A DNA stretch of 64,000 nucleotides from Lingula anatina (Eukaryota; Animalia; Brachiopoda): assembly GCA_051362555.1 (NCBI GenBank), contig CM120645.1, positions 17,236,001 to 17,300,000 of the forward strand, written 5' to 3'. Position 1 is the first letter of the stretch. The number at the start of each line of letters is the position of its first letter. Made by a program: the position numbers and the translations under genes. The notes beneath the pieces are model-generated. The model saw only the letters and a program-made list of their open reading frames with translations, made no database searches and was not told where the DNA came from. Below, in pieces: positions 11,737 to 25,104 of the stretch.

Positions 11737-11974
11737 GACTGGGTTCCCATACTTAGATCGATCCATCTGGATCGACTTAACTCCCTGGGGGTTCACGCGA
11801 AATTGCTTTCAGCTCAAGAGGCTTAAATGTCTGTCACGCCTACCAAATCAGCAAGGGGTAAAAATAATTACCCCCTTACAGTTTTATTAGGCATTTAAGC
11901 CAGTTAGTTTGATAGCAATTAAGTGAGACTCCCCAGGGAGATAGATCGAACCAAATATGTGTGGAAATGGTCCC
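11737..11974. mobile_element. Palindromic MITE family A, copy 1 (in putative 3'UTR of gene 2)
   Basis: Shares GGGTTCCCATACYTAGATCGATC, GGCTTARATGTCTGTCACGCCTAC and TAATTACCCCC with the copies at 36872 and 39022. Flanked by TAA on both sides; foldback structure. Confidence 0.75.
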
Positions 11975-14900
11975 TAAGATTCATTGGGCATTGTTTGTCA
12001 AACACAGTGGCCTAGTATGTTGAATTAGGAATGTCTTTTTATGTTACTGACTATGCATAATATACTAGTGTAATTCATTTAGTTTACTTTTTATCATTTC
12101 TTATAAATGATAATGCACAATATGATTGAATTATTTGTTCGTATTCCAAGTACATTTTGTTGCTTGAAAGTTACAGTCTTTTATTCTGCAATGTCAGAGA
12201 TTAATATGTATGACTGTGTATGAGCAAAATTATAATTTAGTGAACATAACAACAGTTCTTGTATACAGCAAGATTCTGTTAGCAAGGTGTCACTGACATG
12301 CCACAGAATTTTATGAGAAAGATCCTTCCTTGGAAAATTAGACGGAAGATATTTTGATAGTATATATGATATGTTAAGGCAAAAAAGCATTAAATTGCTA
12401 AGAATAATGCATTCAATACCTTATATACAGGTACACTGTACATGTGCTATTTTTTAGTAGCTCAAGGTCTTCCATTTATTAACATTATAAAATTTTGCTT
12501 ACATTTTGTATTGGGCAGTTTGAAGCCTATATCCATGACTTTTGGTGAAGCATTTACCTCTGTGATATTGAAATAAATTGAAATGTTCTGTATGTGTACT
12601 GGAGTATGTTAATGTATGATTATCACCGTTTTACTTCCCTCTTCAGACTGATGCTCACATAAAGACTTCATATGATATATTCAGACAAATCTTGACTTTT
12701 CTCGTACTGAAACTCACTGGGATGTTAAAATTGTCTTCCAAGTTGAGAAACTCACAAAAATGTGTTAGCTGTACCGTATTTTATAATAGTTAAAACCGGG
12801 GTGCACCAACCGCAATAGCTGCGCCACGTCCTCCCGTAGGAAAGTTGGGTCAATCTTGATATTATATTGCAGCTCTAGTCTCCGATCAACAAATGGAGTT
12901 AAAGGAAAGGAACGAAAAACAAGGCTAATTGGATTTTTATCGTTGAATCAAATTATGAAACGTCTCTTGTGCAGACAGTGTGCTTATCATTGCGAAAAAA
13001 TATCCCCTGGCGTTTAGGTTAATATTAGTGGGCAAACACTATGAGCTATTAGTCATTGAAAGGACACAACATTACCTCACTTTGAACCGTATGTTTAACG
13101 ACCCAACAATACTTGGTGCCTTATTAATACCTGTAATACCATTTTCGGCGAATTTAGGTGCCCGATTTTATTCTTCTTTTACAAACGTATTGAACGGTTA
13201 TTTTCTTTACTTACACTTAGCGATCATTAGGTTTATATATTTGATTAAAGACGCGAGTAAACTCTTATGTATTAATCGAAGCCGTCATTCAGCGACATTG
13301 TCCCTTTGTGAATGAAAATAAAAGGCAGTTTTGCGATTAAGTTACGGAAGGTTAAGGCCTTTACTTATGTGAAAGCACCGGGCTGTGCGATTCTTACACG
13401 GGTGTGTTAGTCCATAGAACGGGGCATTTCATGCAAACCCAGTGCAAGGAAATCAAATAAATACTTTATTATAAATGTAGCACCTGCAGGAAAGGTGAAA
13501 ACGATGAGCGGCCACGGAGACCACGGTGAGAAAATATGAAAGGCTTTTACCACTACAAAAACCAGAAAGCCAGGTGAGGTTGAACCTTGTTCCAGCTCCT
13601 TTAGTCTTTTAACTTCAGTGTCAGAAAATAAGAAGATTTGGGGGAAACCCATGTCCCTGTACATAGAATCGCTGCAGCATAGATGAGCCGTGTGTTACGT
13701 GTTGCCTGTAGTGAACACGTGAATAATTAATGCCCATACCACAACGGTATTAATTGATGATTTCAATTAACACTTAACATCACACAAAATCTGTATATGG
13801 GTGGTTAAATCTTCTGCAGAAGTACATTGTATACCTAGTAAAAATATTTCACAGCAGTGTCACTAATAGAGATGGGTCACAACATGTGTATATACATGTA
13901 TTAAGACGGCATCATGGCACGGGAAATGTTCCCACTTGGGCACAAGCAACGTGGCTTATAGACAAAATTTAAAAGTCTTTTATCAATAAAACTGCCAATA
14001 CTACGGAACTGTTCGGCAAATTTGTTAATGTCTTTACATCGGTTTCTCTTACTGGCGTAAAACTTGCAAAAATCGCTCATAATACTCAGGTAAGAACAGC
14101 CAGAGGGGAGGATTATTTGCTGAAGTCGCTGTCACGAAACTCAAATATGTACCAGTGAAAGCGAAATTACATTACTTAACATGCATTGGTTTACTCTGAA
14201 ACTATAGGAAACTATACACTCTGTAGTCTGACAGGTGAATAAGAGCTGTTGTCTTTACCCGTATTTCACGTATTTGTATTTCCAAAATCCGACTTATCAT
14301 TACATAACAAGGATTACAACTCGCGTTGGAATTAGCAATATGTCTTATTGGAATAGACTGGTACACAACAGTAACAATGTCATGAAGTTGGAGTAACTCC
14401 TTGCGTAATTTGCCCACCCTCGAAAATGAAATCCGGGCAAACAAGATTAGAGACTGAGTACCAGAAATTTAACAAGTGTTCGGAAAGTTTAGTACATATA
14501 CATATTTACTATATTCATCATATACGCTCCATTAGTTTCTCCATTCAGTTCATTCATCGTTATAATGAATGCTGCTTAAGAAAGTAAGTCTCGAACTTAA
14601 CAGGGAACGAAAGTTTTACGTGGAAATAGGTCATATGTAACGAAGATGCACGGCAATCGAAAAATGAATCGATCGCTTTTAGGACAGATTGTTTGAACTG
14701 GATATTCGTTGTTAATTAATGTACGACTCTCTGCTCCAGGTACCAAAAGAATGCACACTACCTGGGCGTTATAAAAGCGATGAAGTGATGCCAAGGCTGT
14801 ATTGTGTGGAAGATTTCACGCCTTTGGGGTTATTTAAAGAACTAATCATTTCTATATTATTCTCGTGGTGCACCAGGGATTCTTTGGAACAAATAATTCG

Positions 14901-15339
14901 TCTTTGAAATTCCATGGAGGGTAACACAGCTACAGGGGGAAAGTAGAGAACGGAGTCACAATCTGCGCCCTATGGCTACGCCCTGAGTTCAAATGGCAAT
15001 AATTATGAAGAGACAAATTTTATATGTTTTTTTTTACCAGATATATTCTTAACACTTGTTCTGATGGAAGATGGACCCCCTTCCGATGATATTTCAAGAA
15101 CACAGCGACAGTAAGCATGAATGTACTCGTGTTGCATACATATATAGTAGATGTATGTATATTTAGCACATCTGACCAAGGATTAATGAAATATATGACC
15201 AACAGTCAGATATCAACCTGGAATTTTTGATCAAGCAACATAATGAAAATCCAGTTCGCTGGATAAATTAACAAACGCCTTGACTCGCACCTTTCGTACT
15301 GTGGACTTCTTAACCGTTGTTAAGTAGTATAGAGGCAGA

Positions 15340-16141
15340 ATGCATCAAGATCTGCAGATAGACGATATAGGCGAAGAATGCTTTCACATCATTAATGACA
15401 TCCAAAACCACGGGCATCATCATCATCACCCTCACCACCACCATAAGTATCAGAAGCAGATACCCCTCCTGGACGAACGGGGAAGAGACGTGGTCAGCGT
15501 GAGACCGACATCCAAACAGATTGACCTCACCAAAACCATTCAAGGACGCACGTCATCGTCGTCATTGTCAGGAGACGACTGTCTGCTAGGTGTGACATCA
15601 GCCCACAAAAACAGCGCAAATTTGTCGGATTTCGATGACATTAGTTCCATGACGGGGTACTCGGCGGGGGCTGACCGCACCCGGGGTGCACACGCCACCA
15701 GTCAGTTCGTTGACCGGCACTACGTGCCTGACCAGCGGCGCTTTGAACAGCTGATCCACCAAAATGTCACTGAAGACCTGTCAGACTTTGACGAACCTGA
15801 ATACCACCCCCGCCTACCCAAACAGAAACACGAGTCAAAGAAATCTAAGAATAAAATTATCGGAAAATCCACAAGCAATAAAAAGACAAGACAGAATAAA
15901 GATAATGCTGCCGTGAGAAATACTGCTTTTGCCATCCCATGTGATGGGCTGCCTCCCATGGAAGATGTGTATGACCCCCAGTACCTTCCTGGCGGGGTTT
16001 CTTCCTGTAAAGTTAAAAGAAATCCAGGAGAAAATAATGATTTTCATTACCCTCATTACCCTCAACACCAAATTCGCAGCAAATATCATGGCGGCCCTAG
16101 AAACCACACGCAGCATGAAGACAGGAGTGAGACGTTTTTGG
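15340..16141 (+). CDS. First large coding exon of an uncharacterised long, low-complexity protein (gene 3); poly-His tract
   Basis: 269-codon ORF with GC- and CpG-richer coding-like composition and an ATG start. It ends at a strong donor TTG G|GTAAGT (phase 1). A candidate acceptor TTTTTTTACCAG lies upstream at 15040. Confidence 0.8.
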
Positions 16142-17199
16142 GTAAGTGACACTTGCTGTTTCTTATTTCATGAGCTGCATGAGTTACATATTACAAACAG
16201 TTTCTTATCGCATACAGTAGAATCGTCATTGTTTCAAAAGATCTTTGGTAGTTAAATTTTTAGTCATATTCTAGAGCGAAAGTTGCTCTTAAAGCTGCCC
16301 GAACTCTAAGCCCAATCTTGCATGTTCTTAATCTCCCGCCAGCACTGCGTGCAGCTTATCCTTACAGCTTATCCTCGGGCCAGTGCAGAAATACTCTTTA
16401 ATGCCAGTTGATTAAACAAAATTGACAGACCAGAAAAAAATCGTGCTGACCTTGTGTCACGTGTCACAACACTTTACGCACAAAGGACAAAAACTATTAT
16501 TTATTTTTGTTAACAACCATTCAAGACTGGTGATTGATCAAATATTTGACAACTGTTGGCACGTACACATATATCATTTTGGGTAGGGTTCAATATATTT
16601 GATATCTATTGTGGTAACAGTTGGTTTCAAAAATCCATTTATCGTAATTACGTGTTGTGGTCGACCTTAGTGCTGATTCCTGGTTAAAGAATCATTAAAA
16701 ACTCCTAATACTACCTATAACCGTAATAACTATTCAAAGTGTAAATAAATGAAGGTGTCTGACTCAGACAACAGTCAAAACGTTTGAGTTGTTTTATAGC
16801 ATAATATATCATATTTGTACATTTATTCTACGTATAGTAGAGCTTTGATAAGCTCTTTGTTTTACGTGACAAGGTGATAATTCATAAAATTACGTCTAAA
16901 AAAATTGGAAACTGCCTGGGAAAATATGATAGTTTCCATCATTTTCTGTTTGTGCTTATCACACAATTAATCGAAAATACTGGATAACTTTCGTTTACTT
17001 GTAAGCTAGGCGATTGATTAAAAAAAGAAGAACGATACATAATTTCTTGAGCATATCCAGTATTACTGCATGTGCAACCTTTTTATACCTAATATTTGGA
17101 CTCTTCGTCTTAATGGAACAGTAAAGCTCATTTTATTTTCAATGTTAGTGTTTCTTTGAAGTTTCAATGATCTTTCCGGTGTCCAGGTCAATTAAGATG

Positions 17200-17700
17200 T
17201 TAATTGCACTGACCATCTCTGTATCACTATCGAGATGCACTCGTAAGGCAATTTGAACATTGTCACTTGATACTTGATCGTTTCTGTTATATTGGTTACA
17301 GTAGTTTAGTCGAGATGTCTATTTGCTCTCTTGTTGGTAATTACCCTCCGAATAATGCTATTATATAGCTGCCTCCGTCCACAGCATCTAAAAATGCTTT
17401 CATCCATCTCGTTCCAAAGTGTTTGATCAGCAAACATAGGGTTGGCTTGATTGATACTGGTCTATACATTAAACGTTAATAGTCCACTCCAGCAACCAAA
17501 TCTTTGCTTGTTATAAACGCCATCTTTGATGAAAGCTAGATTATCTGTTGCGATTAAGTAACAGATTCCTCTGGTTCAATTCAACGTGAACTTGGATAAT
17601 TAACCCTCTTTGTCAGATATCTGTGGGAAGGGTCAGATTTTGTGTACTAAATAGATCCCAACTTTGTTTTCTAATTGATCGTCTCCTGGTCTCGTGGTCA
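17200..17700 (-). pseudogene. Heavily decayed Penelope-like reverse transcriptase fragment (tentative)
   Basis: Minus-strand translation with frameshifts gives SWDLFS..YT (motif A-like), DNLAFIKDGVYNKQRFGC (N.F.F.G..YKQ..G-like), ANPMF and FR-C-VDG (FRYVDD-like), in the expected order and approximate spacing. Confidence 0.35.
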
Positions 17701-20700
17701 ATGTGGTCTCGTGCATTGACCACGAGCTAGCTGCAGCTCCTTTGAGAGAAGCCATTAGACCGTCTGTGGGGATATGACTCGCGCTAAGTCCATCGCTGAT
17801 CTTTCTTTCTCAGATACGTGTAGGTATGGCAGGCCTTCCACCAGACAGCTTCTTAATGTTAAGTTTAACATAGACAAACACACACACACACACACAAAGA
17901 AATAGATAAAATAAAATTAAATAAATAGATAAATAAATAGATACAAGAAATATGGGTAATTGAATGCGGTGTAAGTTTATTGCAAACAGATGAATTTTAA
18001 ATTTGACAAAAATACATGGACATGCATATGGATAGATGAATAAATGAATAAAAATATAAAATTGAGTTAAAAGATAAAGAAATTGATCAATTGTATTTTG
18101 ATTGCATGCCCTGTCTGACATGTTTCAATCCACAAAATTGACATTGTGAAGAAATCCTTTCAATTTTTCATTCAAACAGGGAAAACTAGCAATTTTTCTT
18201 TCAATAGAATATCCATTGGTACACCATTATAGGTAATATAACTGTCTCTTCATTTCCGAAATAAAAAGCCTGTATCTATAACTGTTTTTGTGGTTATCAG
18301 AACTGACATTGACTAACTTTAATTTTTGTTTAAACATTTCAAATTCTCTCCTGCATTCATTCTTTGCGTGCAATGTGGAATAATGAATATTTTTGATTTA
18401 AAAGTTAGTGCTTTCAACATTCTTGGGTCCAAAATGTCACGACCGGATAACGTTAAGTAGGACCAGTGCACACTAGCTGCAGCTTTGGTAACAACACGAG
18501 AAAGCGCGGGCGGCAGCTATGTGTTAGGGCTCGCTTTGCTGAAACTCATATCGTTTACTGGAGAACGGAAAATGGTATTTCGAGCTAGAGAGCGTACTTA
18601 GACCTATCAGAACGTTAATTTTCATACTTTACATCAGTGACCAAACACATTTAATATCTAAACACCCAAGGACTTGTTGGGAAAATTCTAACAGGGCATC
18701 CTAACAGTACTATGGTAGGCAGCAATGTCGATCACTGCATGTAACTGCTGCAACGCCGGTGTTTGCTGCAAATCTGACATTACAATATAATCAAAATAGA
18801 GCAAGATTGACTTTGCATTTTAACATGACCGAAACGTGAACACCGATACGAAAGATCCGACTGTTCTTAAATATATATTTTGGATATGTATATTTTACAT
18901 ATTTGAAATAAAGGCAGACGCGGAGCTACGGACAGGACATGTGACGAGCGGTTGTTCGTAAATGGATTCCTAAAGTCGAAAGCACAGATACGCAGATCTC
19001 TATGGTATTAAGTTATATGTAAGTTTTTATAGTTCCCTCTTGAAAATACAGTTGTGTGCATGAAATAACGTGTATATTTTTGTGACCAAGCGGTGGACTC
19101 GTGAACTGTGTATGTAATATGACGCGCCAAAAATGAAAAAACTATGTAAGTCATTTTATCGTTTTATAAGTAATCTATAGATATAATATAATAGATGTAC
19201 TTGAACTTAATCTTCTTGTTTTGAGGATCTTAAGATATTTTGACAACATATGCGTACTATCCTTGAAAATGGTTTCAAGTAAAAAAAAATGTTGTCGTAA
19301 ACGATAACGAAACTGTATGCGTAGAATGCGCAGTGTGAGGTCTCAGTCTTTTACACATTTATTTGTGTTGATGAATGCACAAATATGTTTTGTTGAGAGG
19401 TTATCACCTTTTGAAATCAATCGTTACACGGTATGTAAAGGTAAACATCAGAGCAAAGAGGGATGTTTTGGTGCTTCGCGTTCTCAGACCATCATTCTTT
19501 TATGAAATAAATATTATTGTCCAAGTGTGAGCAAGTCCTTAAGTGACGAGTACAAATGGGTTATTCGAGAAAAGACTGCACATTACAAAAGTTCTCTTGA
19601 TCTAAAATTGTTTTCTAAACATAAACGAAGAGGGTGGAAAATTTTTAAGGGTATAGAGGCTAGATGGTGTATGGGGCTAAGGACACATGCCAACACAGTA
19701 GTTGTTTGTTAGAATTCGGGTAACAAATCAAAATTTTTGATGATTTAAGGGCGATAAATATTTATCTGTTTTTCGCTGAAGAAGGAGGAGAGAGTAGCAT
19801 TACAGAACAGAAGAGGAACGTACAAGACGCTAATACACAACTACAGATCTGATAACGAAAACATGTATTTAAGTCGCAAATCACTTTTTAAACAGTAAAA
19901 TTATCTATTATAATTTTGAATGATGAAGTGAGTTGACTTATGCTCACGCGATTATACTGGTACAATATGTGAAAGAAAGCACTTCATGCGGATGCTCTAA
20001 CATCTTGGACATCTGAGCAGGAATGGCGGCGTACCGTATACTGTTCGTCCAGAGCGCACAATTTACCGCCACTAGTCTTACGCTGTTAGATGATTTCTAA
20101 CTGATTCTACTTCATCTAAGGTTCCTTCTTTGTACCCACACGAACTTTCAATACTATTCAGTGCAATTTTTGTTTATTCTCTCCTTGAGTGTTTTAAACA
20201 TTTTACCGATAAAATGCCACTCATTAAGTGCCTCAAGTTAAAATATGGTAGCCTACGAGTTCACGGGGTCACTAATGACACAGCATCTTTCGTTCCCTCC
20301 ACTCATCTTGGCACTTACATTCCCATGCATGGTCAAGCGGGCTAATGGTCTTTGTATGCTACTGAGTGGACAACACTACATTTGTCCGGCTGGATGAATA
20401 TACCTGCTGATTAAATCCCCTTACACTCTGTCACTGACAATGCCTAAGGGTTCAAATTGACCTCTTAAACCTCTGGTGATCAGACAAATTGGGTACTTTC
20501 GAGACACCTCGTGTTTTTTAACCATTAAATGTGAAGAAAACATTGATTGGTCTTGGCTTATCATATAGAGGGGTGTTTTCGTCATAAGTTCTATTGTGTT
20601 CAAGCCAGTTTCCAACTGTTTGTAATAACGTGGTTTGTAGAGGACATGTTCATCATAAAGGCGCAAATGTCTTACATAATTTTAGAAGACTAACCTTGAA

Positions 20701-22144
20701 GGTTTAGGCATGTTTAGTTTCTATGCCTTTTAGTCTACATGTCTATTGTCATTAAGCAATACGAACATCTTCACATCGAAACTTCTCATCAATTCTGGGG
20801 GAACAGTTATACCGTATGTTGACTGTGATTGACCGATCTTTTAGTGTCTCACTGGTTTATAACCATGCAAATGTAAAACGATAATAAATACATAATTTGG
20901 ACCCTCCCAGGGAAGCTGATTGCTAGTTGACGACCACGAGGTCATTGAGTGCTTGTTTTGACAAGGTGATATACAGGGAGGCCACTCTTTAGTTCTCCAA
21001 ATCAATTCATTTATTGTCTATCAATCAGAATAACACTTGGAAACAAAGAAAACAATCCTCAAAATGGGCCAAATACGCGACATGGATTGGCTTGTTTGAA
21101 GTTGGTGGGGGTGGGGGTGATGGGGGGGGGGGCTAAAATGGTTAGGACCTACTGTTGCTGTGGTTTTACTAATGATAATATGTAAACAAGAATAGGAGTA
21201 GGCCTATGTAGAACGTGATTCTGTTCGTGGGTTTACCCGCGAGCCATAGGGCAGTTGTTGCGATTGCGTAAGAATTAATCCCTCGAGGGGGTATTTTGGT
21301 TACCTTATAAAACAATCTCAAAAAGGGCAGCCCCTAATACTATTACAGGTTGGATATATTGCTAAATATATTGTGATATTTTCCACGCGGACGCGCAAGG
21401 ACACTAGGCTATATTTGGGCCATTATTAAAATAAGAATTTATAGTGGAGCATATTAATTTATTGTGCGCTATGGTAAACTTTTCGGTTCCCATCTTTTGC
21501 TGTAAAAACGTTCGGGCTTTGTGTTTAGTAACACAGTCTCCAATGTAGCGCAGAATCAAACAAACAAGTATCAAAGGAGTTTCATTTCCTTCCCAAAAGC
21601 TTATAAATTAATATCCCCTGACTTTATTTTCGAGTGGAAAGGAATGTGAAGTTGTGATGTAAGATGGAAGTGATGTCCACATCTGCAGTGTTGACAAACA
21701 AAGACGCCTTCTTTCATATGGTCCCAGAAACAACAACCTGTGTTTTCTGTAAACACAAGATCGAAATGTTGCGCGCAACTTTGGATATTTATCACATGAT
21801 ACTTGAAACAACAAAACGAACGAAACGTGAAGTCATTTTTTAATATAAAAATTGGAGGCTTCCATATAAGAAAAGGTCCATTCTCATGAACCCCGTCGCC
21901 ATGCCAAGGATAGCCCCATCCCCGATCAGTTCACATACCCGCAATCCTCAAGTTCAAAGCCGACCTTGGGTCACGTGGGACAGAGAACAGGCAAACCATG
22001 TTTGTTATTCATGACTTAGATAGCTATTCAGAAACAAAGTCTTTCAGCAAAATTCCGGAAACCATTGTATAATGTGAGAGCTGGCAATAAAGTGCTAAGC
22101 AACCGATATTTACCTTTACTGCGTGCACTTCTCCTTCAAGACAG

Positions 22145-22145
<1 letters not shown>

Positions 22146-22172
<27 letters not shown>
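22146..22172. repeat. (GA)n microsatellite
   Basis: Direct reading. Similar tracts occur at about 3915-3963, 23365-23404 and 30167-30223. Confidence 0.9.
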
Positions 22173-22179
<7 letters not shown>

Positions 22180-23362
22180 AGAAAAGCGGTGAACAGTTTG
22201 GTTCGATACAATTTATTGAAGGGATAACAACTCTTTGTACGAGATCCATGTTCAATTGTGAATAACAAATAGAAATATGACAAATTCTATTTTAAAACCA
22301 AAACGGCGGTCATTGCAGTTATTCTGAAATCTGTACTTGCCGTGGGACCACGTGACCTCCATAGATGTTTACCTTCCGTAATAATCCCTTAAGAGTTTAA
22401 GAAAATCATTTTTTTGGTCAAAATGAACAGTTGCTATCCCTTTAAGTTCTCTCATTCCTTTTATTTTTTCTCTTGTTCAGCCGTATTTCTCTCTGCCATC
22501 ATTTCATCAGGTTCTACTACTTGGTGTCTGCGTACATTCTTCAGTTGACATGATCAAAAGAGCACGGTCATAAGGTTACAAGTGATACAAGTGAAGAGCT
22601 ATTGAAATACAATTCTTTTATACTATATCTGGATTTTAAAAAGAGTACTGCGAAACGTAGTATACATTTTTAACTTTTAACGCAACCAACCGCCACGACA
22701 GGACCCAAATATAAGGGCGATCAATATGAACAGAAATTACTGCAACGGGGGTTTAAATATGTCTTCCACCTCAAAGCAGGCATTTTTCGCCTGCGTGTTT
22801 AGAACGGCATGCGGGTATATCAATAACACGGTCTCTTTATGTCAATCTGATAGAGTTCACTTCCAGTTGACGTTCTTACACGATATTTTGTCACTTTTGT
22901 TTATGCCTAGAGCTACTTCGCAGTGTTTGTGTTATGAACTTGATATTTTATGTGGTCAATAATAGATGCTCGTTTGCTCAATTGGATATTTTGCGAACTT
23001 TGGAAAAGGTTAACGCCTTTCAACAATGCGGTTTCCAAAGAGGTAAATTTGATCTTTGACTTTTCCTTCTCGGGTGTGATAGGGCTAAGGGTCAGATTTA
23101 TGGTCTATTAGACAAAAATTGACGATGACGTAAGCCTTAACGTCTTAGAACGTCTTCAGATTTTGCAGATTTCTGCAACCTGCAGTCTGGTACAACAATG
23201 TTGGTTCGTCTTGTTTTTGTGTGTAACTCGCCGCTATAAAGTTAAGGTAAGTTCACTTAGTTTGTATTAAAGATGCAGTGGTACATTTCTGTCAATGTTT
23301 AAACTAAGGGAACGGTTTTTTTAAAAATTTTTTCTTGTGCGAAGCATGTGCAACAGAAAGAT

Positions 23363-23407
<45 letters not shown>

Positions 23408-24265
23408 GTTCTCAATTTGATGAACATAGTGCAAAACGAGTAAAAGTGACTGGATAGAAAAACTACGTTTCATCACATGAACGACCTGAAGAAAACGCCC
23501 ATGTTCCTGGCAGGTGCGTCCATCAGATGTATACCATCAATTCCGTTTAATTTACAGCTCAAATCGTGATATGGCACACTGAAACAAATGTCAATGCGTG
23601 ATTCATTTTCCATCTAAATCAATAATCTGATAAATGTATGGCAGTTTCTTTGTTTTCTATCATTTTTATTTTGTATTTCTGTACTAGCAGGGCGAGAGCT
23701 GCAAAAGTGCTCATGTTTCACAAAAATTGAATAAGTTTTAGGACTTATTATGCGGTCACTTGAAATAACTCTAAAAGGGAGTTGTAGTCTTTTTTTAATT
23801 GAATAACAGCTTATCAAATATAAAATCCCACTTTTATCTTATGTTTGCTGTCATCGTTATTGACACTCTTTGAAATATTATTTTCCTTTTAAATATAATT
23901 CTAGAGATAAGTGTATAAAGCTATCAACAAATAACAAAAGTTATTTCAATTTGGTCATCTGGTTTACAGTTTCAGATCATATGTTAGTACGACTGGTGAT
24001 GTCTACAAGACTAAATAGTTTTGCTCAAACATCAGTTTCTAAAATCATTTTGTTTTTTGGTCATAACACTGGTAAACTCCATTGGTCTTGGTCTAGAAGG
24101 TAAAGGAATAGTGAGAGAACTTGGTAGCAGTAAATTATTTTTAAGTGCAGTAGAGAACTGGTCAAAATTTGAAAAAAAAGTTCGTGAAGAGATTTTGGAT
24201 TGAATTAGCACAGCCGGGCAACATTTTAGTCTACTGTAAAGCATGATAAATCAGTAGTAATCTTA

Positions 24266-25104
24266 AACTAGACTGCAACTGGCTAAAGCCAGTGGCGGAG
24301 GATTCCCCTGCAAAATAGGCGTGGAAATGCTCTTACAAGGTCATGTGAAGGTCACGGGTTAAATTTGATCCCATATTCTGAAAGAGCATGTGCGAATTGG
24401 GGGGGGGGGGGGGGGGGGTCAACAAAACATCACTTTTAGCCCACGTCAATAATTCTCCATGAAATAGCCAAATGACCTTGAAAATGAGGGTCAAGGTCAA
24501 ATTTGACATTTGATTTGGGGGTTTTGGGTATATGTTTGGGGTAGTTTACTATAGCATGCTATGACCAAAAACCAGTGTTTCATGGAGAAATTGCCAAACT
24601 CAAGATTTCTGCAATGTCATAAATATTTAAAAATCTATATTAAAAAAAGTAATTAAGCAGTCGCTACCAAAGTACGGTTAACCTTAGATATATATATAGG
24701 GCATCATTTGCCACTATGATTGGGGCTCTGGGCTATCCGGTTCTTGAGATCTCGGAAACAAACCTTTTTTGAGCCCGTTTGCCCATTAGCGACCTTGACC
24801 TTGACCTACTTGCATAAAAGTAGGTCATTATCTGTGGATTTGGCTCAGTATCACTGGCCATAAGGCTCTTAGCCATATGGCTTATACTTTAGGCCTAATG
24901 GCAATTTCAAATTTTACAATTTTTGCCTTTAAAAGCCCCTGTGACCTTGAAAAGTAGGTCAAGGTCACTGAAACTGGTTCTGTGGCATATTCTGACCATA
25001 GGCTACCTATGATAATTATTTCAGATTTTTTGCGAAAAAAAACGCGCGGAAAGAATAATAATACTACCAAAAACAATAGTATTCCCCTATGGGGAATCCT
25101 AATA
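24266..25104 (+). mobile_element. Non-autonomous interspersed repeat, Helitron/Helentron (HINE)-like
   Basis: Starts AACTAG, carries repeated TGACCTTG(A)/CAAGGTCA motifs, and ends with an (AAT)n-like tract followed by a terminal hairpin ATTCCCC-TAT-GGGGAAT (25081-25097) and CCTAAT. This resembles molluscan HINE-type elements; the classification is inference. Confidence 0.55.

Noticed and set aside
15310-16255. Antisense and alternate-frame ORFs overlapping the big exon (likewise at 50331-51382)
   Set aside because: These are shadow ORFs expected from GC-richer coding sequence, with no independent evidence.
20080-20420. Possible LINE RT relic on the minus strand (ERCCVISDP resembling RQGCVISP)
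   Set aside because: Only one degenerate motif, and no recognisable YADD/FADD.
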